A stretch of DNA of 64,000 nt from Myxococcota bacterium. Lineage in GTDB: Bacteria > Myxococcota_A > Polyangia > Nannocystales > Nannocystaceae. Each line of letters begins with the position of its first letter. Position 1 is the first letter of the stretch. Position numbers and translations under genes: made by a program. The notes below the pieces were generated by a model. That model made no database searches. It worked only from the letters and a program-made list of their open reading frames with translations, and was not told the DNA's origin. The stretch covers positions 64,001 through 128,000 of the forward strand of contig JBCCHT010000034.1 in NCBI GenBank assembly GCA_039028615.1. Reading direction: 5' to 3'. Shown here in pieces: positions 38,397-48,675 of the stretch.

Positions 38397-38864
38397 CTAC
38401 TCGGGGCTGTCGATCAGCCCCGGATGGTCGGCAGGGCGCGGTCCGCTGGTGTCCCAGTGAAAGCGACGCTCGTCCTCGCGGATGGGCCGATCGTTGATGC
38501 TCGCCTCACGCCGACGCATGAGCCCCTCGTCGTCGAACTCCCACAGCTCGTTGCCGTGGGCCCGGTACCACTGCCCCGCGTCGTCGCGCCACTCGTACTG
38601 AAAGCGCACCGCGATGCGACGCTCGTCGTGGCACCACATCTCCTTGACCAGGCGGTACTCGAGCTCCTTGTCCCACTTGCGCCGCAAGAACGCCCGCACC
38701 TGCTCGCGGCCGCGGAAGATCTCGGCTCGGTTACGCCAGTGGCTGTCCTCGGAGTAGGCCATGGCCACGCGGTCGGGGTCGCGGCTATTCCAGGCGTCTT
38801 CGGCCATGCGCACCTTGGCGACGGCCGCCTCACGAGTGAAGGGGGGAACGATGGGGCTGGGCAT
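38397..38864 (-). CDS. DUF1348 / SnoaL-like (NTF2-fold) protein
   Basis: [24 protein letters not shown]...WRNRAE...[10 protein letters not shown]...[20 protein letters not shown]. Confidence 0.9.
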   Translation of the reverse strand: MPSPIVPPFTREAAVAKVRMAEDAWNSRDPDRVAMAYSEDSHWRNRAEIFRGREQVRAFLRRKWDKELEYRLVKEMWCHDERRIAVRFQYEWRDDAGQWYRAHGNELWEFDDEGLMRRREASINDRPIREDERRFHWDTSGPRPADHPGLIDSPE

Positions 38865-38989
38865 GAGCGAGTTCCGAAGCCGACAACGGACGAGCCGAGG
38901 GCTCTGTTACCGAGCGCTCGCCCACGAACTCGAGACCGGTGGGGTGGCTCCTGCCGCGCCGGGTCGAGGCAGTGCCGTTTTCTCCCCGC

Positions 38990-39556
38990 TCACGAGGCGC
39001 TGCTGCGGCGGACGGCCTCGCGCTCGAGGTCGGCGGCGAAGGCCTCGAAGGAAGGGCGAAAGTCGGGCAGCTTGCCTTCGATCATGCCCATCATCGATCC
39101 GGTGAGGACCTCGGCCATGGTCACGTCGGTCGTGCCGTCCTCCCGGGGCGTCAGCGTGAAGGTGCGGACCCCCTTGAAGGCACGGCCGCCGTCCTCCCAG
39201 ACCATCTTCGTGTGTGCGTCGAAGGTGCTGACGGTGAGGCCGAAGGTTCGCTCGGGATCGACGGTGGACTTCAGCTCGATGCGCTCGCCCGCGGCGATGG
39301 TGCCCTCGAGTGAAGTGACGGTGGAGTTCCACTGCGGGTAGGCGGGCGCATCGGTCAGCACCGCCCACACCACCTCGGGACTCGCGGGCACGTGCACCCC
39401 GACGCGGTACTCGAGATAGCGCTTGCCCTCGAGACGAGCGGCCTGACCGTCGACCTCGATCGGAGCGCTCACCTCGGCCGGAGGCGTCGACGCGCACGCG
39501 CTGAGCGCGGCGGTGAGAAGCATCGAAAGACCTCGGATAGCGGTGGAAGCGTTCAC
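38990..39556 (-). CDS. SRPBCC (START-like) domain lipoprotein
   Basis: Lipobox LSAC; ASPEVVWAVLTD...YPQWN, GVRTFTL, FEAFAADL. Confidence 0.82.
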   Translation of the reverse strand: MNASTAIRGLSMLLTAALSACASTPPAEVSAPIEVDGQAARLEGKRYLEYRVGVHVPASPEVVWAVLTDAPAYPQWNSTVTSLEGTIAAGERIELKSTVDPERTFGLTVSTFDAHTKMVWEDGGRAFKGVRTFTLTPREDGTTDVTMAEVLTGSMMGMIEGKLPDFRPSFEAFAADLEREAVRRSSAS

Positions 39557-39559
39557 GAG

Positions 39560-39633
39560 ATTGGTCTACGATTATTATCAATTAGTGACCAGAGTGCTCT
39601 TCGACAACTCTTTATTATCGAAACGGCAACAAT
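39560..39633. promoter_or_regulatory. AT-rich divergent promoter region with likely LysR binding sites
   Basis: AT-rich island in GC-rich DNA. TTATTATC(A/G)A occurs twice, 40 nt apart (39572 and 39612), and a T-N11-A element abuts the lysR start. Confidence 0.5.
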
Positions 39634-40555
39634 GAAGATCGACCTCAACGATCTGGTGGTGTTCACGGAGGTGGTCAGCTGCGGGAGCTTCACCGCCGCG
39701 GGCAAGAAGCTGAACCTGCCGCCGTCCGCCGTCAGCCGTCGGGTGTCGCGGCTCGAGACCACCCTGGGCTTTCGCCTGCTCAACCGCACCACCCGGAGCG
39801 TGGGGCTGACCGACACCGGGCGCATCTACTACGAGCGAACGGCCCGCATCGCCTACGACGTCGAAGATGCGCAGCGAGCCGTGCAGGAGTTTCGCTCGAC
39901 CCCGGCCGGGCTCCTGCGGGTCACCGCGCCGCCCGACGACGGCGGCGTGGTCTGGGCGATGTTCTCCGGCTTCGTTCGCGATCACCCCGAGGTCGACCTC
40001 GAGCTGCACCACACGCTGGACAAGGTGGACCTCATCGAGCAGGGCATCGACGTTGCGCTGCGGGGAGGAGCGCCGCCCGACTCGACTCAGCTGCGCGCGG
40101 TCAAGCTGGTGGACTCTCGCTTCGTGCTGGTGGCGAGCCCCGAGTACCTCGAGCGCAAGGGCACGCCGCAGCGCCCCGAGGATCTCGCGCGCCACGATTG
40201 CATCGCCATGGACAACTGGGTGCCCAATGCCATCCGGGCCTTGCATGGCCCCGACGGCCCGGTGCGGGTGGACTTTCGCAATCGCATCCGCAGCAACCGC
40301 CAAGAGACCGCCCGCAAGGCCGCCGTCGATGGCTTCGGCATCGCGCCGATGGTCGCGTTCACCTGCTGGCGAGAGCTCCGCTCGGGGGCGCTGGTCGAGG
40401 TGCTCCCCGGGGCGCTGCCCATGCCCGCGCCGATGTGGGCGGTCTACCCCGCCTCGCGCAGCAACACGGCGGCGACACGAGCATTGGTCGAGCACCTGCA
40501 GCGCATCGTGCCTACGCTGGCCGCCCCCGGGCCCCCGAAGAGCAAGGGCAAGTAG
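39632..40555 (+). CDS. LysR-family transcriptional regulator (CrgA/DmlR-like)
   Basis: DLNDLVVFTEVVSCGSFTAAG...SAVSRRVSRLE..LGFRLLNRTTRSVGLT; VDLIEQGIDVALR. Confidence 0.93.
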   Translation: MKIDLNDLVVFTEVVSCGSFTAAGKKLNLPPSAVSRRVSRLETTLGFRLLNRTTRSVGLTDTGRIYYERTARIAYDVEDAQRAVQEFRSTPAGLLRVTAPPDDGGVVWAMFSGFVRDHPEVDLELHHTLDKVDLIEQGIDVALRGGAPPDSTQLRAVKLVDSRFVLVASPEYLERKGTPQRPEDLARHDCIAMDNWVPNAIRALHGPDGPVRVDFRNRIRSNRQETARKAAVDGFGIAPMVAFTCWRELRSGALVEVLPGALPMPAPMWAVYPASRSNTAATRALVEHLQRIVPTLAAPGPPKSKGK

Positions 40556-40561
40556 GCGTCG

Positions 40562-41212
40562 TCAGCCGGGGCCGATGTCGGGTTCGAGCGAGAGCGTCTT
40601 GGGCGTGCCTTCGTGGCGCAGCTTGCCCGAGCCATGGGCCTCGAGCTTCTCGGTCACCGGGCCCAGGATGAGCTTGCCGCCTTCCATCTGGACCATCGCG
40701 ACGTCCGTCTTCAGGTGGGAGGCCTTCACGTCTCCGCGACCGTCGTAGTGCAGGGTGTCGAGCCGGCCATGGAGCTCCAGATCTCCCATCCACTCGAGCT
40801 CGACCCGCAGCTCGCCCCCTTGCAGATCGGAGATGGAGCCACCGCAGAGGCCATCGAGGTCGACGTCGCGAAGCTGCGGCAGGACGATCTCGACGCGCGG
40901 ATCGATGGGGTTGGAGATCGAGCCGTTGGCCTCGACTCGCAGCGTGTCGCCGAACTTGGAGACGTTGACCATCGGCAGGATGTTGTCGTCGGCGATCGCG
41001 GTGACCGAGTACTCGGGCCCGATCTTCACGTGGACGTCGAAGAGCCCGTCACACTTGATGCGCTCGAACTCCTGGAAGTCGTACGACTTGCGCGCCTCGA
41101 CCCCGCTGCCCTCGGTACCGAAACAACCCGCGCCCAACAGCGTGGCGGTAGTGAGGGCGCAAAGGGCCCATCGACGGCGGCGGGACGTGGCGAGACGCGG
41201 TTGATTCTCCAT
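40562..41212 (-). CDS. DUF2807 (GIN-domain) lipoprotein
   Basis: Lipobox GAGC; GTEGSG, FERI, ADDNILP, GDTLRV, VEIVLPQL; beta-rich repeat character. Confidence 0.7.
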   Translation of the reverse strand: MENQPRLATSRRRRWALCALTTATLLGAGCFGTEGSGVEARKSYDFQEFERIKCDGLFDVHVKIGPEYSVTAIADDNILPMVNVSKFGDTLRVEANGSISNPIDPRVEIVLPQLRDVDLDGLCGGSISDLQGGELRVELEWMGDLELHGRLDTLHYDGRGDVKASHLKTDVAMVQMEGGKLILGPVTEKLEAHGSGKLRHEGTPKTLSLEPDIGPG

Positions 41213-41317
41213 GGGGACGAGGCTCCTGCGGGACCGGACGGTCAGCGTACTGCGCGGTCGGCCACGGAACAACGCACCCCCGAGTTTCATTCTTCCCGCC
41301 GATGGAGCCAAGCCGCG

Positions 41318-42328
41318 TCAGAAACGCCCGGTGAGGCTCAAGCCCGTGAACTGCCGCGACACGCGGGGCGCGATGCTCACCTGCTGGGGGCTGAAGTACA
41401 GCCGCTCCTTGGCCGCGCGATCCTTGCGGTAGGCGACACCGTAGGCGAGCAAGCCCGCTCCGGCCGCGATGGCCATGCTGCCGAGCTGTTGCGAGCCGAA
41501 GTAGCTGGTGAAGCGACGGCGCACGCACTGGTCGCCTTCGCTGACCGATTCGCAGGCGAAGCGGCTGCGGAGCGTGAGCCATAGCGCGACCTTGGTGACC
41601 ACCCCCGCCGCGAGCAAGCCCCCACCGAGTCCGGACAGCATTGCGCCGTTGCGATCGGGTGCGCCCGCGAACATGTAGTTGGACGCATCGTAGCGGGCGC
41701 GAATACTGCCCGCCGTGGGTGCGAGCGCGTAGGTGCCGACGTTGGCCAACCACTGCAAGGCGGTGAGACCGAGCAGGCTGCCCGCGTTACGGATGCAGCT
41801 GGTGATCGAAGTCTGGGTCTGGGCGGTCGTCTCGTCGGAGACGGTGCAGGCTCGAGACACGATCACCATGCGGCCGACACCGGACGCGAAGGCAACCCCG
41901 CCGACCACGCCTGCGCTCACGATGAGGCCGATGCCCGTGTCCTCGGTGGGAGGTGGAGCCGCCGTCTTGACCGGGCCCGTGTTCAACATGGGCGGTGGCG
42001 GTGGAGTCTCCAGCACGGGCAGGATGGAGCCAGTGGGCGGCGGCGGAGTCTCCATGGTCGGCACCGAGCCGGCGGGAGGCGGAGGCGTCTCCATGGTCGG
42101 CACGGTGCCCGCCGCGGGGGCGGGCTCGGCCGGCGGCGCGGGTGTCTCGGGGGCGGGCTCGTCCCAGCTCGGATCGGGCGCGGGCTCGGTGGGAGCGGAT
42201 GTGGGCGCAGGTGCCGGGGCGGGCGCAGGCGCAGGCGCGGGCGCGGGCGTTTCGACTTGGCCCATCCCGACCGAATACGGGCTCAGGGCCAGAGGAATCG
42301 TGAGAGCCACCAACGCAAACAAAGACAT
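41318..42328 (-). CDS. Hypothetical exported/membrane protein with Pro-rich N-terminus
   Basis: Signal-like N-terminus, PA and ETPPPP repeats, several Gly-rich TM segments, C-terminal GLSLTGRF. Confidence 0.7.
   Translation of the reverse strand: MSLFALVALTIPLALSPYSVGMGQVETPAPAPAPAPAPAPAPTSAPTEPAPDPSWDEPAPETPAPPAEPAPAAGTVPTMETPPPPAGSVPTMETPPPPTGSILPVLETPPPPPMLNTGPVKTAAPPPTEDTGIGLIVSAGVVGGVAFASGVGRMVIVSRACTVSDETTAQTQTSITSCIRNAGSLLGLTALQWLANVGTYALAPTAGSIRARYDASNYMFAGAPDRNGAMLSGLGGGLLAAGVVTKVALWLTLRSRFACESVSEGDQCVRRRFTSYFGSQQLGSMAIAAGAGLLAYGVAYRKDRAAKERLYFSPQQVSIAPRVSRQFTGLSLTGRF
41990..42250 (-). repeat. Coding repeats: (PA)n run and three ~39-nt G(T/S)VPTMETPPPP units
   Basis: Translation PAPAPAPAPAPAPAP ... 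GTVPTMETPPPPA GSVPTMETPPPPT GSILPVLETPPPPP. Confidence 0.75.
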
Positions 42329-42377
42329 CGACCCCTCAAGGGTGGAAGGCCGCGGCGGCGCTTTCAAGTGGATTGTC

Positions 42378-42397
42378 GGGCCACCCTGCGGTGGCCC
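42378..42397 (-). terminator. Intergenic hairpin (terminator or mRNA stabiliser)
   Basis: GGGCCACC-N4-GGTGGCCC, 12 nt after the stop of 42410..43486; no U-tract. Confidence 0.35.
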
Positions 42398-42409
42398 TTC
42401 AAATGCGCG

Positions 42410-43486
42410 CTACTTGGCCGGGCTGAAGGAATCGCAGTCGAGGCTCGACGACACGACCCCGACCTCGGCCTTCCACTTGGAGCCAACTTCGGCCGCGTCC
42501 CACTTCGTGCGATCGACCGAGCACTCGTAGCTCTCGCCCTCGGCGTCCTTGAACAGCAAGGAGTAGTCCTCGTCGCGATCGCCCTCGCGATCGCAGCCTT
42601 TGCACTTGCCGGGCTTGCTCAGCTCGAACTCGGGCCACTTGGGCTCGGGGCTCTTGGAGTCACCCGAGGCTTTCTCGGTGCGCTTGGTCTCCCACGCGTC
42701 GACGTAGAAGTAGCACTTGTCCGCGTAGACCGGCTCCTCGCGGTACTTGGGCTTGCACTCCTTGACCTCCTTGAAGGTGCCGTCGCGGTTGTCCTTGCGC
42801 TTTTTTTTGCACTCTTGGCCGTCTTCGACCTTCTTGGTGGAGCGCTGTTCCTTCTTCTTGGTGACCTTGCGAGCGTCGCGGGGCTTCTCGTCGCACCAGG
42901 CCGAGCGCTTGACCTCGCCGAAGACCTCGATCTCCACGCTCCGCGCCCACTTGTGGCCCTGGACCTCGACCACCGCCTCGCGCTTCCAGAAGAACAACAC
43001 GAAGATCAGCACCGCCAGCACCAGGGCGATGCCGCCGACGATGAGGCCGATCTTGAGGCCGCGGCTCATGCCCTCGGGCTCGGGTTTGGCCTGGGCTTGC
43101 TGCGATCGCGCGTCGCGGCGCGCTCGCACCTCGTCGCGGGCATCTTTGGCCGACTCGCCCGCGAAGGCCTCGCCGTCGGCGACCTCTTGCCCGCTCCGCG
43201 CGGCGGCTGCCTTGGCGTCGGCCTCGAGCGGCGAGCCACACCCCACGCAGAACTGTGCGATCCCGGCGTTGGCGGTCTCGCACGCGGGGCAGACGATGTC
43301 GGCCCCGTGGTAGGCGTGATTCTCGACCGCGACCTTCTCGTCTTCGCTCGGATAGTAACGAGCCTCGGGATCCTGCGGTGCACCACAGGCGGGGCAGTGT
43401 CGGTGCGAAAGACCGAGCAGCTTGGGCGTACCGCAGCGGGTACAGTCCCACATCATCTCGTAGGTACCGAGCTCCTGTTCTTGCAT
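42410..43486 (-). CDS. Double zinc-ribbon membrane protein with Cys/Lys-rich exported domain
   Basis: WDCTRCG...CPACG and CPAC...CVGCG; one TM helix; KDNRDGTF...C and KCYFYVDAW. Confidence 0.75.
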   Translation of the reverse strand: MQEQELGTYEMMWDCTRCGTPKLLGLSHRHCPACGAPQDPEARYYPSEDEKVAVENHAYHGADIVCPACETANAGIAQFCVGCGSPLEADAKAAAARSGQEVADGEAFAGESAKDARDEVRARRDARSQQAQAKPEPEGMSRGLKIGLIVGGIALVLAVLIFVLFFWKREAVVEVQGHKWARSVEIEVFGEVKRSAWCDEKPRDARKVTKKKEQRSTKKVEDGQECKKKRKDNRDGTFKEVKECKPKYREEPVYADKCYFYVDAWETKRTEKASGDSKSPEPKWPEFELSKPGKCKGCDREGDRDEDYSLLFKDAEGESYECSVDRTKWDAAEVGSKWKAEVGVVSSSLDCDSFSPAK

Positions 43487-43576
43487 TCAGCGTTCCTCTT
43501 CGGGCAGACGAAGCGTATCAGCCTTCGGGCACCGATTCTGTAGGGCGAGCCAGGGCACGCAGGCCCTTCGGCCGCG

Positions 43577-46500
43577 CTAGCGACCGCGGGTATTGCGATT
43601 GGAGGTGCCCAGACCGGCGGGCACCAGCAGATCGGTCAGCCGCGGCACCTCGGCGCCCCCCAAAAGCCGCTGGAAGCCCATGTCGTCGGTGGGCTCCACC
43701 GAGCCGGCCAGGTCTCGCGCCTGCCGGGCGAGCTCCTGCGCCCGCATCGGATCGCGCCCCGCGGCCCACAGAGCCTGTCCCAGCACGAGCTTGGTCTCGG
43801 CCAGGTTGAGCTGATCTTCGTCTTCGTGGTCGCGGATCTCGTGGGCACGCTCGAGCGACTCGATGGCGTTTTGCGGCGCATCGAGCTCGAGGTCGCTGCG
43901 ACCGATTCCGGTGAGCGCATAGGCGATGAGGGGATGGTCCTCGGGCAGAGCGACCTCCCAGATCGTCAGCGCCTGCTGGTAGTGCTCGCGCGCCTCCATG
44001 TGCTCGCCGAGGCTCGACAGCGCGTTGGCCAGGTCGAGGTGCACGGTCCCGAGATCGGGGTGGCTCTCGTCGAGCTCGGCTTGCCAGATCTCGAGCGCCC
44101 GCCGCAGGTGGGTGAGCCCGTCGAGCGGCCGCCCCTGCTCGGTGAGCACGAGGCCGAGGTTGGTGAGCGGATAGCCCAGATCGCGATGGTTCGCACCGAC
44201 GGTGTCCTCGGCGATGGCCAGCGCGCGGCGGTGCAGGACCTCGGCCGCCTCGAGCTCTTCTTGGGTACGCTCGAGCAGCCCCTGGCGGTCGAGCACGCTG
44301 GCGAGCTCGCGACGCTGCCAGGGCGACATCGTGGGCGGCAGGGCTCCCTGTTCGTCGGTGGCGTGCACGGGGTCGAGGATCCAGCGCGCCCGCACGAAGG
44401 TGGCGTCGGCCTGCAGCTGCATGTCGGCCCCGAGCATGGCTCCACCCAGGCGGGCCAGCGTCGCGCCGACCTGCGGGTGCTGGGCGCCCAAAATCTGCTC
44501 GCGCTTGGCGAGGGCCTGCTCGTAGACTTGGCGGGCGTCTTCGAAGAGCCCGAGGCCGTCGAGCGCCACCCCGAGGTCGTGGAGGAGATCGGCCATCACC
44601 AGCTCGGACACCGGCTCCTCGCGCTCGGCCAGGCGCTCGAGGGTTTCTTCGAGCTGCTCGCGGGCGTCCTCGTAGCGCCCCTGCTCGAGCTGCAACGACA
44701 CCCGCGCCATGGTCAGGCGCACGCGCAGCGCGGGAGGATCGTGGGCGCGAACGATCGCCGCCTCGGCGGCCAGCGCCACGCGATGGCCCTCGGCATGCAA
44801 GCCCATGCGCTCGCCGACGATCCGCACCAGCTCGACCCAGGCTTCCGCTTCCAGCCCCGGACGCCGACCCGAGGCCGCCTGCACGACGACCTCCCGCAGC
44901 CGTCGCTCGGCGCCATGGGGCTCGTCCTGCATGTCGAGCGCCCGCGCCACGACCAGACCGACCTCCGCCTCCAGCCCCGGGTCTTGCAGGGCCCTGGCCG
45001 AGCCGAGCAAGGGCTCGGCCAGGCGAGCCGCCTCCGAGGGGGCGCCCGTCTGCAGCTGAACTCGGGCCTGTGCCACCAGCTCGCGTAGTGACGTGAGCCG
45101 CTGTCGTGAGTCCGAAGAGCTCGGGGGCTCGCGATCGGAGATGGCCAGCTCGAGCTCGACGTCGGCACACCGCGCCGGATCGGGCAGCGCGGTCGCGGCC
45201 ACCAGCGCTCGCGACACCGTGCCTTCGTCGGCATCGGAGAGCTGCTCGATGAGCGCGGTCAAGTCGTTGCGCTGGACGTCGAGGCAGCGCAGCCCGGGCA
45301 GCGTGGACAGCTCCTGGTCGGTCTCGGGTGCCGCCGCCTGGCACTGGCCCATCCACTCCTCGGACCAGCGCTCGGACCACGCATCGACGAGACGAATGGT
45401 GGACTGCCCCGAGGTGTCGGCGTAGGGCAGGCCCGTGGCCGAGAACGCGCTACGGACCGCTTCACGCTGCGGCGCGCCCCACTGATCTTCCAGCGAGACG
45501 GACTCGACCTGGCAACGATCCTGCTCGGGCGGCAGCGAGCTGAGATACGCACCCACCATCAACGAGCCCACGCCGAGGGTCACCGCCGCCGTCAGCCAGG
45601 GTCGCCGCGTCTCGGGCGGGTCCCGCTGCAGCTCGGCCAGCAGCGCGTCCATGGACGGAAAACGATCTTGGGGATCGATGGCTAGCCCGCGCAGCACCAC
45701 CGACCGCAGCCAGTTGGGCACCCGGCTGCCCTTGGGAGCCGTGCGCACGTGCCCTTCGAGCACGTTGATCGCGAGCGAGGCGACGCTATTGCCTCCGAAG
45801 GGACGCTCGCCGTACAGGCCCTCGTACAGCGCAACGCAGAAGCTGAACTGATCGACCCAGGGATTGGAGCTCGTGCCCTTGTGCTGCTCGGGGGCCATAT
45901 AGGCGGGCGTGCCGACCATCGCGCCCGTACGCGTGAGCACGAGGTTGGGCACGTCGAGCGGCTTGGGCACCGCGGTGGACTGCGCCTCGGCCAGGCGACT
46001 GGAGCTTTGGTTGGAGGACTGGCGAGCGAGGCCGAAGTCCATCACCAGCACCCGATCGCCGCGACCGATGAGCACGTTGTCCGGCTTGAAGTCGCGGTGC
46101 ACCAGCCCCACCGCGTGGGCGGCCGCCAGACCTCGGCCCGCCTTGACGAAGACCTCGATGATCTCGCTCCACTCGTGGTTGCCCTGCTCGAGCCACGCGC
46201 GCAGGGTCAGCCCGTCGATGAACTCCATCGCGATGAAGACCCGGTCCTCGAGGGTGCCGACATCGTGCACGGTGATGACGTGCGTGTGCGAGAGCTTGGC
46301 CATGGCCTTGGCCTCGCGGAGCAACCGCTCGCGACCGTCGCTGCCCCCGAGTGACGCGCTGGCCTGACCGTGCATGACCTTGAGCGCGACCTTGCGATCC
46401 AGCTCGGGATCGAAGGCCGCATACACGACGCCCATGCCACCCGCGCCCACCCGCTCGAGCACGGTGTAGCGCCCGACCTTGGTGCCCGCGACGATCCGAT

Positions 46501-46612
46501 CCTCGATCTCGATCGAGTCCGGGATGTCCTCGACGAAGCTGGGGGCGGTCACCTCCAGGTCGATGTCGTCGGCGGAGGCCATGCTGCGGCCAGCGCTGAT
46601 CTCGGGGTCCAT
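43577..46612 (-). CDS. Ser/Thr protein kinase with TM segment, Cys-rich region and TPR repeats
   Basis: VGAGGMGVVY, VALK, HRDFKPDN, DFGLAR, GTPAYMAPE; TPR repeats with xxHP motifs. Start uncertain (46612 or 46582). Confidence 0.9.
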   Translation of the reverse strand: MDPEISAGRSMASADDIDLEVTAPSFVEDIPDSIEIEDRIVAGTKVGRYTVLERVGAGGMGVVYAAFDPELDRKVALKVMHGQASASLGGSDGRERLLREAKAMAKLSHTHVITVHDVGTLEDRVFIAMEFIDGLTLRAWLEQGNHEWSEIIEVFVKAGRGLAAAHAVGLVHRDFKPDNVLIGRGDRVLVMDFGLARQSSNQSSSRLAEAQSTAVPKPLDVPNLVLTRTGAMVGTPAYMAPEQHKGTSSNPWVDQFSFCVALYEGLYGERPFGGNSVASLAINVLEGHVRTAPKGSRVPNWLRSVVLRGLAIDPQDRFPSMDALLAELQRDPPETRRPWLTAAVTLGVGSLMVGAYLSSLPPEQDRCQVESVSLEDQWGAPQREAVRSAFSATGLPYADTSGQSTIRLVDAWSERWSEEWMGQCQAAAPETDQELSTLPGLRCLDVQRNDLTALIEQLSDADEGTVSRALVAATALPDPARCADVELELAISDREPPSSSDSRQRLTSLRELVAQARVQLQTGAPSEAARLAEPLLGSARALQDPGLEAEVGLVVARALDMQDEPHGAERRLREVVVQAASGRRPGLEAEAWVELVRIVGERMGLHAEGHRVALAAEAAIVRAHDPPALRVRLTMARVSLQLEQGRYEDAREQLEETLERLAEREEPVSELVMADLLHDLGVALDGLGLFEDARQVYEQALAKREQILGAQHPQVGATLARLGGAMLGADMQLQADATFVRARWILDPVHATDEQGALPPTMSPWQRRELASVLDRQGLLERTQEELEAAEVLHRRALAIAEDTVGANHRDLGYPLTNLGLVLTEQGRPLDGLTHLRRALEIWQAELDESHPDLGTVHLDLANALSSLGEHMEAREHYQQALTIWEVALPEDHPLIAYALTGIGRSDLELDAPQNAIESLERAHEIRDHEDEDQLNLAETKLVLGQALWAAGRDPMRAQELARQARDLAGSVEPTDDMGFQRLLGGAEVPRLTDLLVPAGLGTSNRNTRGR

Positions 46613-46800
46613 GAACTTCGCCAGCATGCCGGAGTCCCGCGCGTAGAACAACGTGCAGACGGTCGCACCCCGCCGTCGCGCGTCGCCCGGTCCCATCGCC
46701 GGACCACCCGAACGAGCCGCGAACCACTCGCCGACGAAAAGCGACCGCTCGCGAAGCTTCGAGTGCGCCCCACCTTCACGTCCGAGGCATCATGGGTGGG

Positions 46801-47904
46801 ATGGTCACCCACGCTCCCCCGGCGTCACCGCTCGACGGGCCGGACTTGGCCGCCCGCTCGTTGCTGCGCAGCACGTTGCGGGCGCTTTTGTGGCCACGGC
46901 GCCTGGTGCCAATCTTGTTACTCGGCGCGGTGTTGGTGATCGCCCAGGAGCGATTTTCGTACGAGTCCAACGCCAAGTGGTTGGGGGTACTGATGTGTGT
47001 GGTGTTCACCCTGGTGGCGCCCGTCACATGGAGAGCCCTGTTTCCCCCTAGCCTGGATGCACGCCCGACCTTCGCTCGCCCCTTCGGGCGACTGGCCGTC
47101 TACGGCCTCACTGGAGCCGGCACCGTGCTGCTGGTGGGTGGCGTCCTGCCCCAGCGCCTCGGCATCGGCCCCACCTTCATGACCTCGGACGTGAGCCTGT
47201 TGGTCTCCATCGCGCTGTTCTGGGTCGGCGGCTACGGGCTCGGCCGCGACATCGACATGGAATCTTCGCTGGCCTACGAGCGTGCACGGGGCCGACGACT
47301 CGAGGCCGAAGCCGAGCGCGCCCACCTGCTCGCGCTGCGCAGCCATCTCGACCCCCACTTTTTGTTCAACACCCTCAACGCCATCGCCGAGTGGTGCCGC
47401 GAAGACGGCGAGGTCGCGGAGCAAGCCACCCTGCGGCTGTCGGAGATGCTCCGCACCGTGCTCGATGCCACCCACCTGCCGGCCTGGCCCGTACGCAAGG
47501 AGCTCGACCTGGCCCGCACCTTGCTCGACCTGCACCGCATTCGCGACCCCGAGCGTTTCTCCATCGAGGTTCGGGGCGCCGACGAAGTGCCGCCGACTCA
47601 GGTCCCGCCGATGATCTTCCTGCCCCTGGTCGAAAACGCCGCCAAGCACGGCCCCAATGCGGGGCATCGCGGGCCCATCGTCCTGCGGGTCGCCCCGGAG
47701 GGTCAGCTGCTCGTGCTCGAGGTCGACAACCCCGGCCGCTTCGGTGGCGAGCGACCCGATGGCCAGGGGCTCGAGCAGGTCCGCCGCCGTCTCGCCCACG
47801 CCTACGGGGGCGCGGCGCGACTCGAGATCCACGCCGAAGGGGAACGAACCCGCGCCCGCATCGAGCTGCCGCTCGACGCCCGCACCCCGGCCGCCAACGC
47901 CTGA
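46801..47904 (+). CDS. LytS/YehU-type sensor histidine kinase
   Basis: Four TM segments; LRSHLDPHFLFNTLNAI, LSEMLR, VPPMIFLPLVENAAKHG, GQGLEQVRRRL. Confidence 0.9.
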   Translation: MVTHAPPASPLDGPDLAARSLLRSTLRALLWPRRLVPILLLGAVLVIAQERFSYESNAKWLGVLMCVVFTLVAPVTWRALFPPSLDARPTFARPFGRLAVYGLTGAGTVLLVGGVLPQRLGIGPTFMTSDVSLLVSIALFWVGGYGLGRDIDMESSLAYERARGRRLEAEAERAHLLALRSHLDPHFLFNTLNAIAEWCREDGEVAEQATLRLSEMLRTVLDATHLPAWPVRKELDLARTLLDLHRIRDPERFSIEVRGADEVPPTQVPPMIFLPLVENAAKHGPNAGHRGPIVLRVAPEGQLLVLEVDNPGRFGGERPDGQGLEQVRRRLAHAYGGAARLEIHAEGERTRARIELPLDARTPAANA

Positions 47905-47911
47905 ACTTGCC

Positions 47912-48658
47912 ATGTCCGACGACGTCTCCCCTCCCCTGCTCCGCGTGCTCGCAGCCGACGACGAGCTGATCGCTCGCAAGCGCCTCACTCGACTGCTGCG
48001 GGCGATGCCCGGCGTCGAGTTCATCGACTGTCTCAGCGGCGCCGACGAGGTGCTCGAGCGGCTCCAAGAAGAGGCCGTCGACGTACTCGTGCTCGACATC
48101 CAGATGCCGGGGCTCACCGGGCTCGAGCTGCACGCCTTGCTGCCCCGGCCCGCTCCCTACGTGATCTTCGCGACCGCCTACCCCGAGCATGCCGTCGATG
48201 CCTTCGACCTCGGCGCGGTGGACTATGTGCTCAAGCCGATCGAAGCGGGACGGCTGGGCAAGGCCATCGAGCGCGCGTGCTCGGTCGTGGCCACCCAGCG
48301 CAAGGCCGACAGCGTGGGCTCGGAGCGGCTGGCTCGGCTCCCCGTCACCACGCGCGAGGGCGTGGTGCTGCTCGATCCCTCCGAGCTCAGCCACGCGGTG
48401 TTCGACGGCACCCTCGTGACCCTCACCACCCGCAGCGGGCAGCGACACCTCACCGACGCCACCTTACAGGAGCTATCGGCGCGGCTCCCCGAGGATCGCT
48501 TCGTGCGAGCGCACCGACGGGCGCTGCTCAACATGTACGAGGTGGAACTGCTGCAGCCGATCGAGTCGGGCGGGTACTCAGCCCGCACCCGCATGGGCGA
48601 CGAGGTGCCCGTCTCACGACAAAGCGCCCGCCGACTCCGACGGGCGCTCGAGCTGTAG
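47912..48658 (+). CDS. LytTR-family response regulator
   Basis: ADDELIAR, VLDIQMPGLTG, VIFATAY, AVDYVLKP; FVRAHRRALLN, VPVSR. Confidence 0.92.
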   Translation: MSDDVSPPLLRVLAADDELIARKRLTRLLRAMPGVEFIDCLSGADEVLERLQEEAVDVLVLDIQMPGLTGLELHALLPRPAPYVIFATAYPEHAVDAFDLGAVDYVLKPIEAGRLGKAIERACSVVATQRKADSVGSERLARLPVTTREGVVLLDPSELSHAVFDGTLVTLTTRSGQRHLTDATLQELSARLPEDRFVRAHRRALLNMYEVELLQPIESGGYSARTRMGDEVPVSRQSARRLRRALEL

Positions 48659-48675
48659 AGCCCCAGGACCGAAGC

